Under the pieces are notes generated by a model. It was not told where the DNA came from and ran no database searches. It worked only from the letters and a program-made list of their open reading frames with translations. From the NCBI RefSeq assembly GCF_001306055.1, contig NZ_LGHJ01000018.1:60001-92000 (forward strand): a stretch of DNA of 32,000 bases. The letters run 5' to 3'. Below, piece after piece: positions 10,151-18,451 of this stretch. Source of the stretch: Bellilinea caldifistulae. Its GTDB lineage: Bacteria > Chloroflexota > Anaerolineae > Anaerolineales > Anaerolineaceae. The stretch's first letter is position 1; every line of letters starts with the position of its first letter. Position numbers and translations under genes: made by a program.

Positions 10151-10999
10151 ATGAAGATGGAGTTAGAAGGCGGGAAGATCAACATGATGAAACACTTGCA
10201 GTCGGTACAAAAATCTACTCATCCTAACGAAGCCCATTACTACTCATTCAGACAACCCCTTGCTCTTTCCGGTCACGAAGGCAGCCTGAACGAAACGGCA
10301 TCGGTAGAAAGACATTTTCCCAAGACAACCGGGCTACACAAAACTACTTTATTGGAAGAAAAATGGTTTGGGCCGAGCGTTTGGAAGAGTAAACTCTATG
10401 ATGGCATCCTGCCGGCTTTGGTGATGATCCTGCTTACTTTGTTGTTTAATTTACTTTTTATTCCGGTGGAAGTGCTGTTTGGTACACCGGGACTTCTGAT
10501 TTACACTTTAATCATTCTGGCGGGCGGGGTTTACTCGTTGGGGAAATGTGTTCAGATGCGTTTTGATGAAATTACACGTGCCTGGTATGGTTTGATTGCG
10601 GGGTTGTTGTTGTGGTTCGCCGTCAATACCGCCGGGCGTCTGGGTGAAAGTTCATTCTCAATTGAAGTGGAAGCGGTCATACTGCTTTTGGCGGTGTTGG
10701 TTACTGCCACGCTGTGGAAGACCGTTTTCCCGCTGGGTGTAAGATTTTTGGCGTTTGTATTTTTAGTTGAGTGGACTTTGCGCTTCTGGCTGGAATTGCA
10801 TGTCTTTTTGGCTGAAAGCTTTGAGTTTTTTCAGTGGAGTTATTATCTGAGTGGTTTCATTGCGCTTTCAAGTTTAATCTTTTTTTTGTTATGGATGTTC
10901 CAAAAGGCTGAAAGCCGCATTCATCATCTTTGGGCTGCGGTAGGCGTGTGGTTTTGTACGCTGATGGTTCTAATTGTGTTCTTCCAAATGCCCCTTTAA
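10151..10999 (+). CDS. Hypothetical polytopic membrane protein
   Basis: The long ORF has about 6 hydrophobic helices after a ~90-aa soluble N-terminus. I recognise no family. The start is uncertain: TTG 10106 in the track, ATG 10151 or ATG 10181. Confidence 0.55.
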   Translation: MKMELEGGKINMMKHLQSVQKSTHPNEAHYYSFRQPLALSGHEGSLNETASVERHFPKTTGLHKTTLLEEKWFGPSVWKSKLYDGILPALVMILLTLLFNLLFIPVEVLFGTPGLLIYTLIILAGGVYSLGKCVQMRFDEITRAWYGLIAGLLLWFAVNTAGRLGESSFSIEVEAVILLLAVLVTATLWKTVFPLGVRFLAFVFLVEWTLRFWLELHVFLAESFEFFQWSYYLSGFIALSSLIFFLLWMFQKAESRIHHLWAAVGVWFCTLMVLIVFFQMPL

Positions 11000-11010
11000 G
11001 GAGAACTTGC

Positions 11011-12297
11011 CTACATAGCGGAAAATAAGGGCTGGAAGGTGCGCTCGCCGCCCGTCCGAAGGTTGAGAGCATCCAGATAGACGGATTTTATTTCGTCGGC
11101 AATCCGCTCCCACGAATAGGCTTGAGCAACTTGATTAGCCTGTTTTCCCAGCCGATCGCGTAATGTGGGATCAAGTATCAGTTCTTTAAGACGGTTGCCC
11201 AGAATTTCCGGCTCGCCATCTGGTACGACAAAACCGGTCAGGCCCTCCTGCACCAAAAATGCCAACCCACCCACCTGCGAAGCCACCACAGGGGTGCCGC
11301 AAGCCATGGCTTCCAGCGCAACCATTCCAAAGGATTCATAATGTGAAGGAACCACAACTACATCAGCGGCAGAATAGTAGTACGGCAGTGAATCCTGATC
11401 GCGTTTGCCAAGGAAAAGTACAAAATCGCGCAAGCCGAGGCTTTTGACGAGATTTTGCAACCGTGCCATTTCGGCATTGACGCTCAACTGGCTCTCTTCA
11501 GGATCACCCCCGACAATCACCAGGGAGTAGGGGCAGCACAGCAATTCGGTGGACTGCTGCATCCAGGCGACTGCTCGAATGAGAGTTTCTAGCCCTTTAA
11601 GAGGTTCAATTCGTCCGACGAATAAAATCATCCGATTTTTCACCGGTACGCCGATCACCTCACGAGCCTCATCCCGCGGAATGGGATAGAAGCGGCTCAA
11701 ATCCACTCCAGGGGGAATCACCCGAAGTTTTTTTGAGTTTGCCCCGTAAAGAAATTCCAGCTGGGATTGTTCTGCCGGTGTCGCAGCAATGATTCGGTCG
11801 GCTATTTGTAAGACATGTTTTTCACCTTCTAAACGATACTCGCCTTCAATTTCTTCGGGAGAGCGGGCGACCCGATTTTTCATTAGCACGAGAGTGTGGA
11901 ACATGTGGATGATGGGCGCGTTCCATTCCGCCTTCAACTTTTCCGCCGCGATTCCGGACATCCAGTAATGGCTGTGGATGAGATCGTAACGCAATTGTTT
12001 GGCGCGGGTGAAGTGAAGAATCCCCTCCACAAAGTCAGGCAGGTAGTTGACCAGTTCCTTTTTTGGCAGGGGGACTTCTGGCCCGGCGGGAATATGTACC
12101 ACCCGGTTGCCATAACCTAAGTTGTGCAATACATGGGGGACGTGTTCATCCTGAGAACGGGTAAACACATCCACGTGAATGCCGGCTTTACCCAAAAAGC
12201 GGGTTAATTCAGCGACATACACATTCATTCCGCCAGTATCTTTACCGCCCAGGGTCGCCAGTGGGCAGGTGTGATAGGAAATCATCGCGATGTTCAT
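11011..12297 (-). CDS. Family 4 glycosyltransferase, MshA-like (D-inositol-3-phosphate glycosyltransferase-type N-terminus)
   Basis: The ORF starts at ATG 12297, with AAGGAA 8 nt upstream; the track start 12303 is TTG. The N-terminus ISYHTCPLATLGGKDTGGMNVYV...VDVFTR and HSHYWMSG closely resemble MshA-type GT4 enzymes. The C-terminal EsFG..alEAMAcGtPVV motif is present. The acceptor substrate is not inferable. Confidence 0.85.
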   Translation of the reverse strand: MNIAMISYHTCPLATLGGKDTGGMNVYVAELTRFLGKAGIHVDVFTRSQDEHVPHVLHNLGYGNRVVHIPAGPEVPLPKKELVNYLPDFVEGILHFTRAKQLRYDLIHSHYWMSGIAAEKLKAEWNAPIIHMFHTLVLMKNRVARSPEEIEGEYRLEGEKHVLQIADRIIAATPAEQSQLEFLYGANSKKLRVIPPGVDLSRFYPIPRDEAREVIGVPVKNRMILFVGRIEPLKGLETLIRAVAWMQQSTELLCCPYSLVIVGGDPEESQLSVNAEMARLQNLVKSLGLRDFVLFLGKRDQDSLPYYYSAADVVVVPSHYESFGMVALEAMACGTPVVASQVGGLAFLVQEGLTGFVVPDGEPEILGNRLKELILDPTLRDRLGKQANQVAQAYSWERIADEIKSVYLDALNLRTGGERTFQPLFSAM

Positions 12298-12347
12298 GAT
12301 CAAATTCCTTGCCCGAAAAATCGGTGTACTGGTATAATTTGACCCAC

Positions 12348-12420
12348 GCCACCGTAGCTCAGACGGTAGAGCAGGCGTTTCGTAAACGTCTGGTCAAGGG
12401 TTCGAGTCCCTTCGGTGGCT
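12348..12420 (+). tRNA. tRNA-Thr (anticodon CGU), 73 nt, no encoded CCA
   Basis: Hand-folded cloverleaf: acceptor GCCACCG/CGGTGGC, D arm GCTC-AGACGGTA-GAGC, anticodon arm GGCGT-TTCGTAA-ACGTC. The variable loop is TGGTC, the T arm is AAGGG-TTCGAGT-CCCTT and the discriminator is T. Confidence 0.9.
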
Positions 12421-12653
12421 CTTTGATTCTACACCCGCATCAGAGATGTTTCGGTTTTTCATCCCGGTAACATTGTACCGACTCGGTATTTCTGTTTTCG
12501 GTGGATTTTTCAAATATCCGGAACTCTCGCTGGATGTCCTGTAAGGACCAGAGCAAGATTTGCCCGAATGAAAGGAAACTTCCTTTCAACGCTATTCAGT
12601 TGAAGCAGGACAGGAATGCATTGTTCTTTGCAATGAAAATTGAAAAAGTTTCC

Positions 12654-12854
12654 TTAAAAACCGATACGGAACCAATCTGTACCGGTAATTACGGAAAGTG
12701 CCAGCAGGATGAACACAATAAAAAGGATCATTCCGCAGCCACACCCTAAACAGGAGCCGCTGCCAAATCCAAATCGGGATTGGAGCCAGTTAAACAGGCG
12801 ATCCAGTAAAAACAATTTCAACAAACCTGATAAGCAACCTGGGCGATTGTCCAT
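12654..12854 (-). CDS. Hypothetical small (66 aa) Cys/Gly-rich membrane protein
   Basis: ATG-initiated ORF with GAGAGG about 11 nt upstream. It has a GFGSGSCLGCGCG motif followed by one hydrophobic helix. No recognisable family; coding status is uncertain. Confidence 0.35.
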   Translation of the reverse strand: MDNRPGCLSGLLKLFLLDRLFNWLQSRFGFGSGSCLGCGCGMILFIVFILLALSVITGTDWFRIGF

Positions 12855-12971
12855 TTTGTTTTGAACCTCTCTGTTTTTCTACTTTATTTACGAAAGAGAT
12901 GCAGAAAAGTTGCCTGAAAGATGCGGGTTAAGCCTTGTATAATGCTCTCGGAAGAATTCAACAAAAATTGC

Positions 12972-13001
12972 TTGACAATTCCAGACACCTCTCAGTAAAA
13001 T
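12972..13001 (+). promoter_or_regulatory. Candidate sigma70-type promoter of the his operon (TTGACA-N18-TAAAAT)
   Basis: -35 TTGACA lies at 12972-12977 and -10 TAAAAT at 12996-13001, with an 18-nt spacer. The -10 ends 7 nt before the leader-peptide ATG. A second perfect TATAAT at 12938-12943 is an alternative. Confidence 0.45.
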
Positions 13002-13008
13002 AACCCAT

Positions 13009-13086
13009 ATGATACCCGTGATGCATACTCCCATTTCTCTCCATCATCATCATTTGATCCATAACCTCCACTGTCCGATTGGGTGA
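13009..13086 (+). CDS. hisL: his operon leader peptide, 25 aa, MIPVMHTPISLHHHHLIHNLHCPIG (7 His codons, 4 consecutive)
   Basis: Translated by hand: ATG 13009 ... CAT CAT CAT CAT (13042-13053) ... TGA 13084-13086. It sits between a promoter-like element and a terminator immediately upstream of hisG. It is too short to appear in the ORF track. Confidence 0.7.
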   Translation: MIPVMHTPISLHHHHLIHNLHCPIG

Positions 13087-13120
13087 GTGGGTAGTTCGGG
13101 TATTACCGCTTAGAACCAAC

Positions 13121-13146
13121 CCCCGCCAATCGGCGGGGTTTTTTTT
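13121..13146 (+). terminator. Intrinsic terminator / attenuator hairpin upstream of hisG
   Basis: CCCCGCC (13121-13127), loop AATC, GGCGGGG (13132-13138), then TTTTTTTT (13139-13146). It lies 26 nt before the hisG ATG and inside a transcription unit, which is the attenuator position. Confidence 0.75.
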
Positions 13147-13172
13147 ATATCTTTTTGCATTGAGGGAAAGCC

Positions 13173-14222
13173 ATGAAAACTTTTCGGATTTCGTTACCAT
13201 CCAAAGGCCGTTTATCTGATGAAGCAATGAATTTTTTAGAATCTTGCGGCTTACGGGTTTACAAACCCAATCCTCGCCAGTACGAGGCAGTCCTGCCGGA
13301 TTTGCCGGATTTGAAAGTCCTTTTTCAAAGGCCGGGGGATATTGTTGCCAGTGTTGCCGATGGAAGCGTTGACTTTGGGATTACGGGTCTGGATATGGTC
13401 ATGGAAAAATCACCGGAACCAACGTCAATTCTGGTTTTGCACGAGGCGCTGGGGTTTGGGGGTTGTACATTGAGTCTGGCAATTCCAGAGGGGTGGGAAG
13501 GAATAAATACTCTTGAAGGACTGAAAACCCATGCGGTTTACTTGGGGCGTCCATTGCGGGTGGCGACCAAGTTTTCTCGTTTGACCGGTCAGTTTTTGAG
13601 CCTGCACCAAATTCCATTTTCCCTGATCTCTGCTGAAGGAACGCTCGAAACTGCCCCGGCGATTGGTTATGCCGATATGATCAGTGATCTGGTGGCCTCT
13701 GGGCAAACTCTGCGGGATAACCGCTTGAAGGTCATTGAAGGCGGTGAGATTCTCGCTTCTCAGGCGGTACTGATTGCCAATTTTCACCGGTTGAAGGATA
13801 GCGAAGCAGCCCAGGCGCTCGCCCGCAACTTACTGGAATTGATCGAGGCTCATTTGCGGGGAAGTACCAATTACTCGGTATTTGCCAATATGCGCGGCCC
13901 ATCGGCTCAGGCAGTTGCTCAACGGATTTTTGATCACAGCACTTTACATGGTTTACAAGGCCCGACCATCTCACCGGTGTTTACCCCGCGGGGAAACGGT
14001 GATTGGTATGCTGTGCATGTGGTGGTTGAAAAGCATGAGATTTACCGGGCGGTCAATGAACTCCGGGCGGTGGGCGGTAGCGGAGTGGTGGTTGTGCCGG
14101 TAACCTACATTTTTGATGAGGAGCCGCCGCGTTGTCTGAGGATGAAACAAGCGTTGAGCATGGCTCAACCGCCAACCCTTGCCGCTATATTAGAAAAACC
14201 ATCGGAGCGAAAAGATGATTGA
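13173..14222 (+). CDS. hisG: ATP phosphoribosyltransferase, long form (with HisG_C regulatory domain) plus ~30-aa C-terminal tail
   Basis: 349-aa ORF with RBS GAGGGAAAG. The catalytic region is LPSKGRL...DIVASVADGSVDFGITGLD...ISDLVASGQTL. The C-terminal regulatory domain ends in VVVVPVTYIF. Confidence 0.9.
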   Translation: MKTFRISLPSKGRLSDEAMNFLESCGLRVYKPNPRQYEAVLPDLPDLKVLFQRPGDIVASVADGSVDFGITGLDMVMEKSPEPTSILVLHEALGFGGCTLSLAIPEGWEGINTLEGLKTHAVYLGRPLRVATKFSRLTGQFLSLHQIPFSLISAEGTLETAPAIGYADMISDLVASGQTLRDNRLKVIEGGEILASQAVLIANFHRLKDSEAAQALARNLLELIEAHLRGSTNYSVFANMRGPSAQAVAQRIFDHSTLHGLQGPTISPVFTPRGNGDWYAVHVVVEKHEIYRAVNELRAVGGSGVVVVPVTYIFDEEPPRCLRMKQALSMAQPPTLAAILEKPSERKDD

Positions 14223-15339
14223 TGAAATTCAAAAAGATGTGTTTGAGCGTTTTGAACAGGTTGCGCCCTACACCCCGATTGAGCCGTTTGAAGTCATTGC
14301 GGAGAGAGTGGGGCGAAAGCCTGAGGAAATTATCAAGTTAGACGCAAATGAAAACCCTTACGGTCTCTCTCCGTTGGCGCGTCAAGCTTTGAGCGGATTG
14401 CGTTGGGGCAATATTTATCCTGATCCGGAAAGCCGTGCCTTACGTCAGGCGATTTCCGGTTTTCTGAATGTTCCGGTCGAACATATTTTGGCTGGCGCTG
14501 GCGCAGATGAATTGATTGATTTGATTTTGCGAGTCCTGTTGAAGCCCGGTGACGCCGTGCTGGTTGCACCTCCTACCTTTGGTATGTATGCCTTCGACGC
14601 CCGGATTAATGGTGGACGGGTGCTGGAGGTGCCGCGTAATCCGGACTTCAGTCTAAATCTGGAGGGGATGCGTCGGATTGTGCAACAGCAAAAACCACGG
14701 GCGGTTTTACTGGCTTCTCCTAACAACCCGGATGGAAGAATGCTCACCCCGTCGGAATTGGAGGAAATCTTTTCGTGGGGTGTGCTGGTTGTACTGGATG
14801 AGGCATATATCGAATTCAGTGATGGTGGGCAATTGGGCGAAAAAAACAGTCAGATTCGTCTGCCGCTTGAACGGGATAATGTGATTGTGTTGCGTACTTT
14901 CAGTAAATGGGCTGGACTTGCCGGACTGCGAGTGGGTTACGGTGTTTTTCCGCAGTGGATGCTGCCGGTTTTGTGGAAGGTAAAGCAGCCCTACAATGTC
15001 AATGTGGCAGCCAGTGCAGCGGCCATTGCTTCGTTGGAGGATTTAGCCTGCCTTATTGAGCGGGTGGCCAATCTCCGCTCGGAACGCTGGCGCCTGTTCA
15101 ACGTGCTTACCCAGGTTGACTGGCTGGAACCTGTGCCCTCGCAGGCTAATTTCATTTTATGCCGGGTTAAAGGGCGGCCTGCCAGGAATGTCAAAGCCGA
15201 TTTGATGAAAAGAGGCATCTTTGTACGCTATTTTGATACCCCTCTACTGCAAAACTATATTCGTATCAGTGTTGGATTACCTCAACACCACGATGTTTTG
15301 TTTCAAGTCTTGAAGGAAATGGAGGAACCCAACTCATGA
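14215..15339 (+). CDS. hisC: Histidinol-phosphate aminotransferase
   Basis: 374-aa ORF overlapping the hisG stop by 8 nt. It shows class-II aminotransferase features: KLDANENPYG, SPNNPDG, and TFSKWAGLAGLRVGY with the PLP lysine. Confidence 0.9.
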   Translation: MIDEIQKDVFERFEQVAPYTPIEPFEVIAERVGRKPEEIIKLDANENPYGLSPLARQALSGLRWGNIYPDPESRALRQAISGFLNVPVEHILAGAGADELIDLILRVLLKPGDAVLVAPPTFGMYAFDARINGGRVLEVPRNPDFSLNLEGMRRIVQQQKPRAVLLASPNNPDGRMLTPSELEEIFSWGVLVVLDEAYIEFSDGGQLGEKNSQIRLPLERDNVIVLRTFSKWAGLAGLRVGYGVFPQWMLPVLWKVKQPYNVNVAASAAAIASLEDLACLIERVANLRSERWRLFNVLTQVDWLEPVPSQANFILCRVKGRPARNVKADLMKRGIFVRYFDTPLLQNYIRISVGLPQHHDVLFQVLKEMEEPNS

Positions 15340-15950
15340 CTGAAAACCAGGTGAAAGGGCGAATTGCTTCACTTAGCCGGCAGACCCGCGAAACTTTCGT
15401 TCAAGTGGAATTAAACCTGGACGGAACAGGCGAGTACCAGATTCAAACCGGTATCGGATTTTTAGACCATATGCTGGCGCAGCTGGCTTTCCACGGTCTG
15501 TTTGATTTACGGATCCGGGCGGAGGGTGATTATGAAGTGGATTATCACCATACCGTTGAGGATTGTGGTCTGCTGCTGGGGGAGGCGTTTGACCGCGCGT
15601 TGGGCGAACGCAAAGGGCTGGTGCGGATGGCAGTTCAGTATGCACCGATGGACGACAGTTTAGCCAGGGTAGTGGTGGATTTGTCCGGCAGGCCTTATAG
15701 TGTGATCAAGGCACGCTGGGAAGCCAGCGAAGTCGGCCGTATTCCGGTGAGTTTGTGGGAGCATTTTCTGGAATCCTTTGCACTGCGTTCCCGTTCAAAC
15801 CTGCATGTCAAGGTCTTTTACGGAAGGGATGGTCATCATCAAGTGGAGGCCGTCTTTAAAGCGCTGGCGAGGTCACTCTGCGAGGCCAGCCGGTTGGAAC
15901 CGCGCCGTTTGAATGAAGTGCCATCCACAAAAGGAGCCTTGAATGTCTGA
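15336..15950 (+). CDS. hisB: Imidazoleglycerol-phosphate dehydratase
   Basis: 204-aa ORF with an ATGA overlap onto hisC. IGPD motifs are present: RQTRETFV, GIGFLDHML, DYHHTVEDCG, GRDGHHQVEA. Confidence 0.92.
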   Translation: MTENQVKGRIASLSRQTRETFVQVELNLDGTGEYQIQTGIGFLDHMLAQLAFHGLFDLRIRAEGDYEVDYHHTVEDCGLLLGEAFDRALGERKGLVRMAVQYAPMDDSLARVVVDLSGRPYSVIKARWEASEVGRIPVSLWEHFLESFALRSRSNLHVKVFYGRDGHHQVEAVFKALARSLCEASRLEPRRLNEVPSTKGALNV

Positions 15951-16557
15951 TCCAATGGTCGTTGTAGATGCCGGCACAGGCAATTTACGTTCGGTGGTCG
16001 GGGCTTTGACCAAAATAGGCGCTTCGGTCAGGCTGACCCGTGACCCGGAGGATGTTTTGAGGGCTGAACGAATTATTCTGCCGGGGGTAGGAGCATTTGG
16101 TGAGTTTATGCAGGGACTCACTCGAAATCACCTGGATGAAGCCCTGAAAAACTTTATCCAAAGCGGACGGCCGCTCCTGGGGATTTGCGTGGGTATGCAG
16201 GCTTTAATGGAAATCAGCGAGGAGCTTGGAAGTTACCAAGGCTTGTCTCTTTTCAAGGGGCCGGTCAGGAAATTTCCATCCATGCCGGCTTACAAAGTGC
16301 CGCATACCGGTTGGAATCAAGTCTGGATCAGGCGGGACTCACCCCTCACCCGAGGACTTACCAGTGGGTTTTATGCTTATTTCAATCACAGCTATTATTG
16401 CCAGCCGCACCAGAACGAGTTTGTCCTTGCGACAACCGATTATACGCTTGACTTTTGTAGCATGATTGGGCAGGGAGTTCTGTTTGGCGTTCAATTTCAT
16501 CCCGAAAAGAGCCAGGCAGTTGGTGAAATTTTGCTGAACAATTTTGTCAACTTGTAG
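15943..16557 (+). CDS. hisH: Imidazole glycerol phosphate synthase, glutamine amidotransferase subunit
   Basis: 204-aa ORF overlapping hisB by 8 nt. Class-I GATase motifs are present: ILPGVGAFG, LGICVGMQ, VQFHPEKS. Confidence 0.92.
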   Translation: MSDPMVVVDAGTGNLRSVVGALTKIGASVRLTRDPEDVLRAERIILPGVGAFGEFMQGLTRNHLDEALKNFIQSGRPLLGICVGMQALMEISEELGSYQGLSLFKGPVRKFPSMPAYKVPHTGWNQVWIRRDSPLTRGLTSGFYAYFNHSYYCQPHQNEFVLATTDYTLDFCSMIGQGVLFGVQFHPEKSQAVGEILLNNFVNL

Positions 16558-16573
16558 GCGAGGCAGGAAGAAA

Positions 16574-17326
16574 ATGAGTGATTTTACGATTTTCCCGGCG
16601 ATTGACCTGCGGGATGGAAAAGTCGTTCGATTGGAATTGGGTGATCCCACCCGGCAGACGATATTCAGTGAGGATCCGGCAGAAGTGGCTTATCGTTTTT
16701 TCCGTTCAGGCGCAAAATGGCTGCATGTCATCAATCTGGATGGGGCATTTGGTGATGAGCGCCGCGCAAGAAAAAATGAAACGGCAATTGCCCGGATTTT
16801 GGAAATAACCCCAGAGTTTGGAGGAAAAATTCAAGTGGGGGGAGGTTTGCGTTCGATGAAAGCGTCCGAGCGGCTATTGGCGATGGGAGTCAACCGGGTG
16901 ATTTTTGGTACGCTGGCCGTTGAGCAGCCGCAACAGGTGACCGGATGTATTCGGCAATGGGGTTCAGAGCGAATTGCGGTCAGTGTGGACCTGCGTGCCG
17001 GTAAAATCCAGACTCACGGCTGGCAGCAAAGCGCACAAATGGAGCCAGGAGAGTGGCTGTATCGGCTGGCAGACGAAGGTTTACGCTGGGTGATGGTAAC
17101 CGATGTGGAACGGGATGGCATGTTAAGCGGGGCAAATCCTGAGGTAACTCTTTGGGTGCGGCAGGATAAGAGACTTAAAGTGGTGCTGGCAGGAGGAGTC
17201 AGCCGGTTGGTGGATATTCAGGTTGCCCACCGTAGCGGTCTTGCCGGAGTGATCATCGGACGGGCTTTGTATTCCGGTGAATTGAATTTACCTGAGGTGT
17301 TGAAGGAGGTAACCCATGCTGGCTAA
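16574..17326 (+). CDS. hisA: 1-(5-phosphoribosyl)-5-[(5-phosphoribosylamino)methylideneamino]imidazole-4-carboxamide isomerase
   Basis: ATG 16574 ([20 protein letters not shown]...) with GGAAG upstream is preferred to the track's TTG 16544. HisA motifs are PAIDL.DG, GGGLRS and GVIIGRALY. Confidence 0.9.
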   Translation: MSDFTIFPAIDLRDGKVVRLELGDPTRQTIFSEDPAEVAYRFFRSGAKWLHVINLDGAFGDERRARKNETAIARILEITPEFGGKIQVGGGLRSMKASERLLAMGVNRVIFGTLAVEQPQQVTGCIRQWGSERIAVSVDLRAGKIQTHGWQQSAQMEPGEWLYRLADEGLRWVMVTDVERDGMLSGANPEVTLWVRQDKRLKVVLAGGVSRLVDIQVAHRSGLAGVIIGRALYSGELNLPEVLKEVTHAG

Positions 17327-18107
17327 GCGGATCATTCCATGTCTGGATATCAAGGATGGCCGGGTGGTCAAAGGGATTAACTTCATCTCCCTGCGGGATG
17401 CTGGCGATCCGCTCCGGCAAGCAGCCTTGTACGATGCGATGGGTGCGGATGAACTGGTCTTTTTGGACATTCAGGCCACGCCGGAAGGACGGAAGACGGT
17501 GGTGGACCTGGTTGCCCGTGTTGCCGAAGAAATCCGCATGCCGCTAACGGTAGGAGGTGGAGTACGCAGTGTGGAGGACATGCGTCAGTTATTGCTGGCT
17601 GGGGCGGATAAGATCAGTATCAATTCTGCGGCTGTCCGCAACCCCCATATCCTTCGTGAAGGCGCTGATCGGTTTGGCAGCCAATGTATCGTGCTGGCGG
17701 TTGATGCGAGGAGAATCATGAAAAACAGCCCCGTGCCCCGATGGGAGGTCATTGTGGATGGGGGCAGGACACCAACAGGATTGGATGCGCTGGAATGGGC
17801 CGAGCAAGCCGTTCGTTTGGGTGCAGGTGAAATCCTCCTGACCAGCATGGATAGAGACGGTACGCGGGCTGGCTATGATCTTGAATTGACGCGGGAGTTC
17901 AGCAAAAACCTGCCAGTGCCGGTAATTGCCTCCGGCGGGGCCGGTCAAATGGAGCATTTTGCTGAGGTGCTGGATGCCGGCGGTGCAGATGCCGCCCTTG
18001 CAGCGACCTTGTTTCATGACGGAATTATCCGAATCCCGGAATTAAAGCACTATCTCTCTCAACGAGGAATACCGGTGCGCTTGCTGGAGAAAGGAGAAAG
18101 ATCATGA
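17316..18107 (+). CDS. hisF: Imidazole glycerol phosphate synthase, cyclase subunit
   Basis: 263-aa ORF with the N-terminus [19 protein letters not shown], plus [14 protein letters not shown] and ASGGAG. It overlaps the hisA stop. Confidence 0.93.
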   Translation: MLAKRIIPCLDIKDGRVVKGINFISLRDAGDPLRQAALYDAMGADELVFLDIQATPEGRKTVVDLVARVAEEIRMPLTVGGGVRSVEDMRQLLLAGADKISINSAAVRNPHILREGADRFGSQCIVLAVDARRIMKNSPVPRWEVIVDGGRTPTGLDALEWAEQAVRLGAGEILLTSMDRDGTRAGYDLELTREFSKNLPVPVIASGGAGQMEHFAEVLDAGGADAALAATLFHDGIIRIPELKHYLSQRGIPVRLLEKGERS

Positions 18108-18451
18108 ACCGAGAAGGTAGTTTGAGGTTTGACGAGAAGGGTTTAATCCCTGCGGTTATTCAAGATGCTTTCAGTCAACAAGTACTGATGCTGGGGTGGA
18201 TGAACCGAGAGGCGTTGGAACTGACCCGCAGCACAGGACTGGTTCACTTCTGGTCGCGCAGCCGTCGGCGTTTATGGAAGAAAGGCGAAACATCCGGCAA
18301 TTTGATGCAGGTCGTAGAAATCAGCGTGGATTGTGACCGGGATGCTCTTTTGGTGCGGGTGTTGCGCAAGGGCCCGGCCTGTCATACCGGCATGGTCACC
18401 TGTTTTCACAACCCGATGGACGAGGAGAATGAAAATCATGCAATTTCTTGA
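18104..18451 (+). CDS. hisI: Phosphoribosyl-AMP cyclohydrolase
   Basis: 115-aa ORF with an ATGA overlap onto hisF. Motifs are [35 protein letters not shown], and GPACHTG with the zinc-site Cys. Confidence 0.9.
   Translation: MNREGSLRFDEKGLIPAVIQDAFSQQVLMLGWMNREALELTRSTGLVHFWSRSRRRLWKKGETSGNLMQVVEISVDCDRDALLVRVLRKGPACHTGMVTCFHNPMDEENENHAIS

Noticed and set aside
12570-12587. Inverted repeat GAAAGGAA-AC-TTCCTTTC between tRNA-Thr and the small minus-strand ORF
   Set aside because: No flanking U-tract exists on either strand and no neighbouring gene end sits at the right distance. I cannot assign a function.
12501-12749. 82-aa plus-strand ORF between tRNA-Thr and the his promoter
   Set aside because: It has a non-ATG start, no RBS and low-complexity sequence. 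It also overlaps the equally weak minus-strand 66-aa ORF antisense. No family resemblance.
12958-13227. 89-aa minus-strand track ORF (…MDQMMMMERNGSMHHGYHMGYF…) covering the his leader region
   Set aside because: It is the reverse complement of the CAT-CAT-CAT-CAT leader run (giving ATG repeats) and of the terminator. It runs into the hisG start and has no RBS. The + strand promoter/leader/terminator interpretation explains the sequence better.
18333-18437. Longer hisE start at 18333 from the track
   Set aside because: This part lies inside hisI in another frame and encodes Cys/Trp/Arg-rich sequence. The conserved HisE N-terminus begins at ATG 18438, which has a GAGGAG RBS.
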